64,000 nt of DNA, from positions 1,126,406 through 1,190,405 of the forward strand of contig RHPI01002262.1 in NCBI GenBank assembly GCA_009103225.1, in the 5' to 3' direction. Under the pieces are notes generated by a model. The model was not told where the DNA came from. It made no database searches and was given only the letters and a program-made list of their open reading frames with translations. This DNA is from Chlorokybus atmophyticus (lineage: Eukaryota > Plantae > Mesostigma and Chlorokybus algae). Below are positions 60,068-64,000 of this stretch, piece after piece. The translations under genes and the position numbers were made by a program. The number at the start of each line of letters is the position of its first letter. Position 1 is the stretch's first letter.

Positions 60068-61280
60068 CATGGCTGCAAGACAACTTACTTGGTTGCTCGT
60101 TCGGTCAACGGGTCATCGCAAGTAATGACAGGACGTCGCTTTGCTTGTAGCTTGGCATTTGGTAGTGTGCGCGGCTTGCGCATGCATGTGTATGCAAATG
60201 TGTTCACTTCTGTAGGCCTGTGCTTGGTTGAGCATGCGCTTGTATGCTTATGTGCCTTTATGTGTGAAACATACATACGTGCGTGCCTGCTCGAGTGTGC
60301 CACACACACGCACGCTTCTTCAGCTCTTGTATGAGTACGCATGCATGCATGCAATTGTGCTTTGACCTGTGTATGTGGCTGGCTGTAAACCGACAGTTCT
60401 CGACTGTTAGCTAACCCTCGGAAGATTACCTGACAATCAAGGACTGTTGGTTGGTCTCATTGAACATCCATAGCTTGTTTAAAGTGCGGCTGTACCTGCT
60501 GCAACGATGTTATTATTTAGTGCTGCGTATGTTGCCGCGGCCCTTAGTGTTGACCTTGCTGGTGTGCAACAATATCAGATGCAGTCATAAGCACAAATGC
60601 TAAGTTAACAACATACTCCATGATAACGATAACCATAACAATGATAATTGAATATAAATTATCATTAATAATATCGGCAACAGCATCGGGTAAATGAGTT
60701 TAAAAAACAAAACCACAGCCAAGGATACAGGTGACAATCAGAAAAACAATGCAACAACGGTGGCAGCTGTTGCCGTATGTGCGTTGGTGCGTTTCGCAGC
60801 AGCTGCTGCAATCGCACTTCTGCAGTAGCACTGCTGCATGTGCGTGTGCTTGCACAAACAACGACTGCTGTTTGCCATAGCGAAGAGAAGATGACGAAAC
60901 TTGACTACTAAGATAAGCTAACCATAGATCCCACGCCGCCGTCTCCACCGCCTCCGCCTCCGCCTCCGCCTCCACCGCCATGAGCAACGACAGTCCTGCG
61001 TTGCTTAGGAGCTGCCAGCTGCCAAGCTCGTACAGGGCTCAGAGAGGTGACAAGTCTTTGCGGTAAATTGTGCTGACGTGTACGGCCTACTTGTACTCAT
61101 CTGCTGAGTCAGTGAGTATATGTACAAAGCCTAATACCATGCGGTACCTTCTCCGCGGTGCAACGCACCGTGCATATTCCAGACACGACTCGTCAGTCGC
61201 TGTAGGGCTTCCCAATATAATATTGACAGCCGGACCCTGATCCGTACGCGTAGAAGCTACAGTGTAGAAACAAAGACGTA

Positions 61281-61749
61281 CAGTCTACCCCCGCTAAAAG
61301 ACTTCGCTCCAAGAGAATAACTTTGCTTATAGAATAAAATGTAAAATTACAAATGGTTTTACAGGCAAATGTTGGTGCATAAGAGAATATCACTAACCGC
61401 GAAGAGCATATTGGTTTTTCATAAAATTCTTGCAAGTTTGAGTGTGCATATTCCCAACATCGAGGGAGGAGACGTGACGGATGTGGCATAATGCGTGATG
61501 AGCGTGACAATCAGGGCATGATGGGCAAGGTGTGACGCGCAACCAGCGTGATGGGCGTAATGGCGCAACGGGCGTACCATGATGCGTGTGACGTAATAAG
61601 CGTGACGGGCGTGATGAAACCGCATTTATAGCATATTTATATTCTTGACATCCAAGAGCATGTTATTCTCTTAAACGCCAAAAGCATATCCTCGCCAATA
61701 GCATACGATTGATGGGGACAAACAGTATGCTCTTAGCAAGGGTAGACTG
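61281..61749 (+). mobile_element. Tc1/mariner-like MITE copy 1 (469 bp)
   Basis: TA|cagtctaccc ... gggtagactg|TA; CAGT-starting TIR and TA TSD. Confidence 0.85.
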
Positions 61750-62093
61750 TAGTTAATTTGGCCGCGGACCGTGTATGGTTCCGACTCGCGCGGTACATGG
61801 CATAAACACAAGCCTGGTTCGGCCGAGGACCATGTGTCGTGCAAGACTGCGCACCAGGTACAGTTTACCTCGATAGATGCATGTTCGATAACTGCATATC
61901 CGCGATAAGTGCATGGTTTTGCCCAACATCAGTGCATCTGTTGGTAGTATAAGGCAGTGTAAGTGTATATCCGCGATAAGTGCATAGAAAGAGGTGTTCC
62001 CGATGGTATGCACTTATCGAGGACCGGAAGGACCATGGATGGTCCGTCCCTCGCGGGCCAGGCACTCGTGGTCCGCGGGTCACGGACCATGTA

Positions 62094-62643
62094 CAGTCTA
62101 CCCCCTTTAAGAGCATACTCTTTATTCTCCGCTATCTTATGCTCTTGGCGGGGTACTTCTCTTGATGTCAAAGAGCATAGTATGCTCTTGGACATCAAGA
62201 GCATAAATATTCTCTAAGCGCGGTTTCATCACGTCCATCACGCCCATTGCGCCATCACGCTCGTCACACTAATTGTGCGTCACACTTTGCCTATCTATGG
62301 GTGTCAGGAGCATAAATATGTCCTAAGCACAATTTCATCACATTCATCACGCCCATTGCGCCATCACGCTCGTCACGTTAATTATGCATCACACTTTGCC
62401 TATCATGCCCTATTCATCACGCACGTCACGCGTTATGCCACACCCGTCATACGCTGCTCCCCCGACCTTACAACATTTCTCACAAGACTCTGCAAGAACA
62501 ACATGAAATATAAATATGTTTTCGCGGTTAAGCAAATTCTCTTCGGCATCAATATTTGCCTGCGTTCCATTTGGTAATCTCATTTTCTATGCTGTTAGCG
62601 GGGTTATCCTCTTGGAGCGAAGTCTCTTAGCCAGGGTAGACTG
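62094..62643 (-). mobile_element. Tc1/mariner-like MITE copy 2 (550 bp), same family as 61281-61749 in opposite orientation, with an internal ~100-bp duplication
   Basis: TA|cagtctaccc ... gggtagactg|TA. Its right arm gttatcctcttggagcgaagtctcttagc matches the reverse complement of the copy 1 left arm. Inserted in a GGWCC-rich segment. Confidence 0.85.
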
Positions 62644-63213
62644 TATGGCCCGCGGGTCCGTGGAAGGACCATGCATGGTCCTTGAACGTCAAGCCATGTG
62701 ATTGCGTCAGCGAGTGGTTGGAACACTGCAGCGGACGCAGTCGTAATGATGCTCTAGCGTACGAAGATTGCCGTGGAGGCGATGCCCGGTTGGGGTTGCT
62801 TGCACGCGGCAGCACAGATCACAGAGGAACTGGCATTGGGTGGGATGGTGTGAGCACATGGCAGTAGCGAGTGATGCGTATTGTGGTGCTGTGTTCACGC
62901 TTGTGTATTCTTAGGCATGGCAGCAAATGACACTGTTAACACTTGATTGTCGAATGCGCGAGCGCTGCGCAGAGTGTTGACCTATATGCATGACTGCTAT
63001 AAGTGCGATTTGCATGCACATGCAAGACAAGCATAGTCGCAGTGGTAGATTGTGTTAAAGGTGAGGGCTGGGTCCGAGGATGTAGGTTTGCTCAGGGGTG
63101 GTGGTGCGGTGCTGCTCGGAAGGTAGTTTGTCACGGTGTTGACATTTGTTAAGGTTTTCGACTGCTGTAACTTGCTACTCTGCCTGCCCATGCATGCCTA
63201 CGTTGTGCACTCA

Positions 63214-63240
63214 GGTTGGTTGGTTGGTTGGTTGGTTGGT
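63214..63240. repeat. (GGTT)n microsatellite
   Basis: ggttggttggttggttggttggttggt. Confidence 0.9.
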
Positions 63241-64000
63241 GTTTGCTATCGCTGCTGCTGCCCAATTAACGGCATTGCATATAGGTCAATTAGCGCATAG
63301 TAGTAGCCCCGGTTGTATTGTAAGTGTATGGCCTTGCTTGCTAGCTTGTGTGTGCCTGTGACTGTTGGCTGCTGTGAGCACAGACTGCATGCTTGCTTGC
63401 ATTCTGGCAAATATGATTCATACCCTATGCATTTACATAGGTGCAGCCCCGTTAATGCTAACAGATTGCCTAGCTGTTGCTTAAGACGTGTGTGGGGCAG
63501 CTAATGCGCTTTGTCATGCACATTGCGGGTTGATTGCATAGTGTGAGCTGTGGTGTAGGCATGGTCGCTCAGTACGTACCATGACTTCTGTGTGTTGCTG
63601 TTTGAGGTATATATAGTTTAAGTGCTCGAGTAAGCTGTTTGCCCTCCTTTTGGCCCCTCTGTTCGGCCATAGATGGGTGACGAGTAGCATCCACATTAGG
63701 GTTGAGCAGCGAGGCATAACAGAAGGTTGCAAAGCAGAGCATGATGCAATAGCTTTGATGTAATTTGTCCTGCACCGCACTAGTTATTGAACATATATAG
63801 AGGCATACAATAACCAACCCGCGTCTCAACCAACAACAAAGCACCACAGTGTGCAGGTTGCCTTGCGCAAATGGTGGCTACAGCCAAGATCCTTCCTGCA
63901 CTACGGATCATAACGTTAGCGTGTATAGAAATTGCGCGCAGCAAATGCCCATTTCAATCATACCACACACGCCATACATTGTACCAACACACTTACCTCG

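Noticed and set aside
1-64000. rRNA, tRNA, CRISPR arrays, telomeric arrays
   Set aside because: None recognised; only isolated ccctaa-like words occur.

Overview
Intron-rich eukaryotic genomic DNA. Plant-type host genes plus green-algal-type retroelements suggest an early-diverging streptophyte (charophyte) alga; this is inference and the species cannot be read from the sequence. Left half (about 7-34 kb), host genes: a membrane hybrid histidine kinase (TM-Cache-like-TM-HisKA-HATPase-degenerate REC-REC), EMC6 head-to-head with a DUF1279 gene, an AAH1/bacterial-type adenine deaminase with two GC-AG introns, a possible orphan gene, a gene encoding only the N-terminal/ADD half of ATRX, an ABHD17-like hydrolase, and RPN5. 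Right half (about 34-63 kb), a transposon cluster: a decayed Penelope-like RT, TA-flanked MITEs, and a decayed chromodomain Ty3/Gypsy element (41364-60067, minus strand) with a second Ty3/Gypsy element (42956-53934, minus strand) nested in its integrase. The inner element is the best candidate for an undescribed system. Its polyprotein reads gag - protease - C5 cytosine methyltransferase - RT - RNase H - DDE integrase - PHD finger. It shows no tRNA PBS but has a Tf1-like self-priming duplex with a correctly placed TATA-like box. Its terminal repeats are split and permuted (X-ORFs-Y-X-Y, the layout of PAT/Ngaro tyrosine-recombinase elements) although it has TG...CA ends, a 4-bp TSD and a DDE integrase, which suggests integration from a circle at an internal palindromic att site. 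The outer element may carry a degenerate N6-adenine MTase-like segment after an in-frame UAG. All gene models, alignments and mismatch counts were made by eye; no database search was run.
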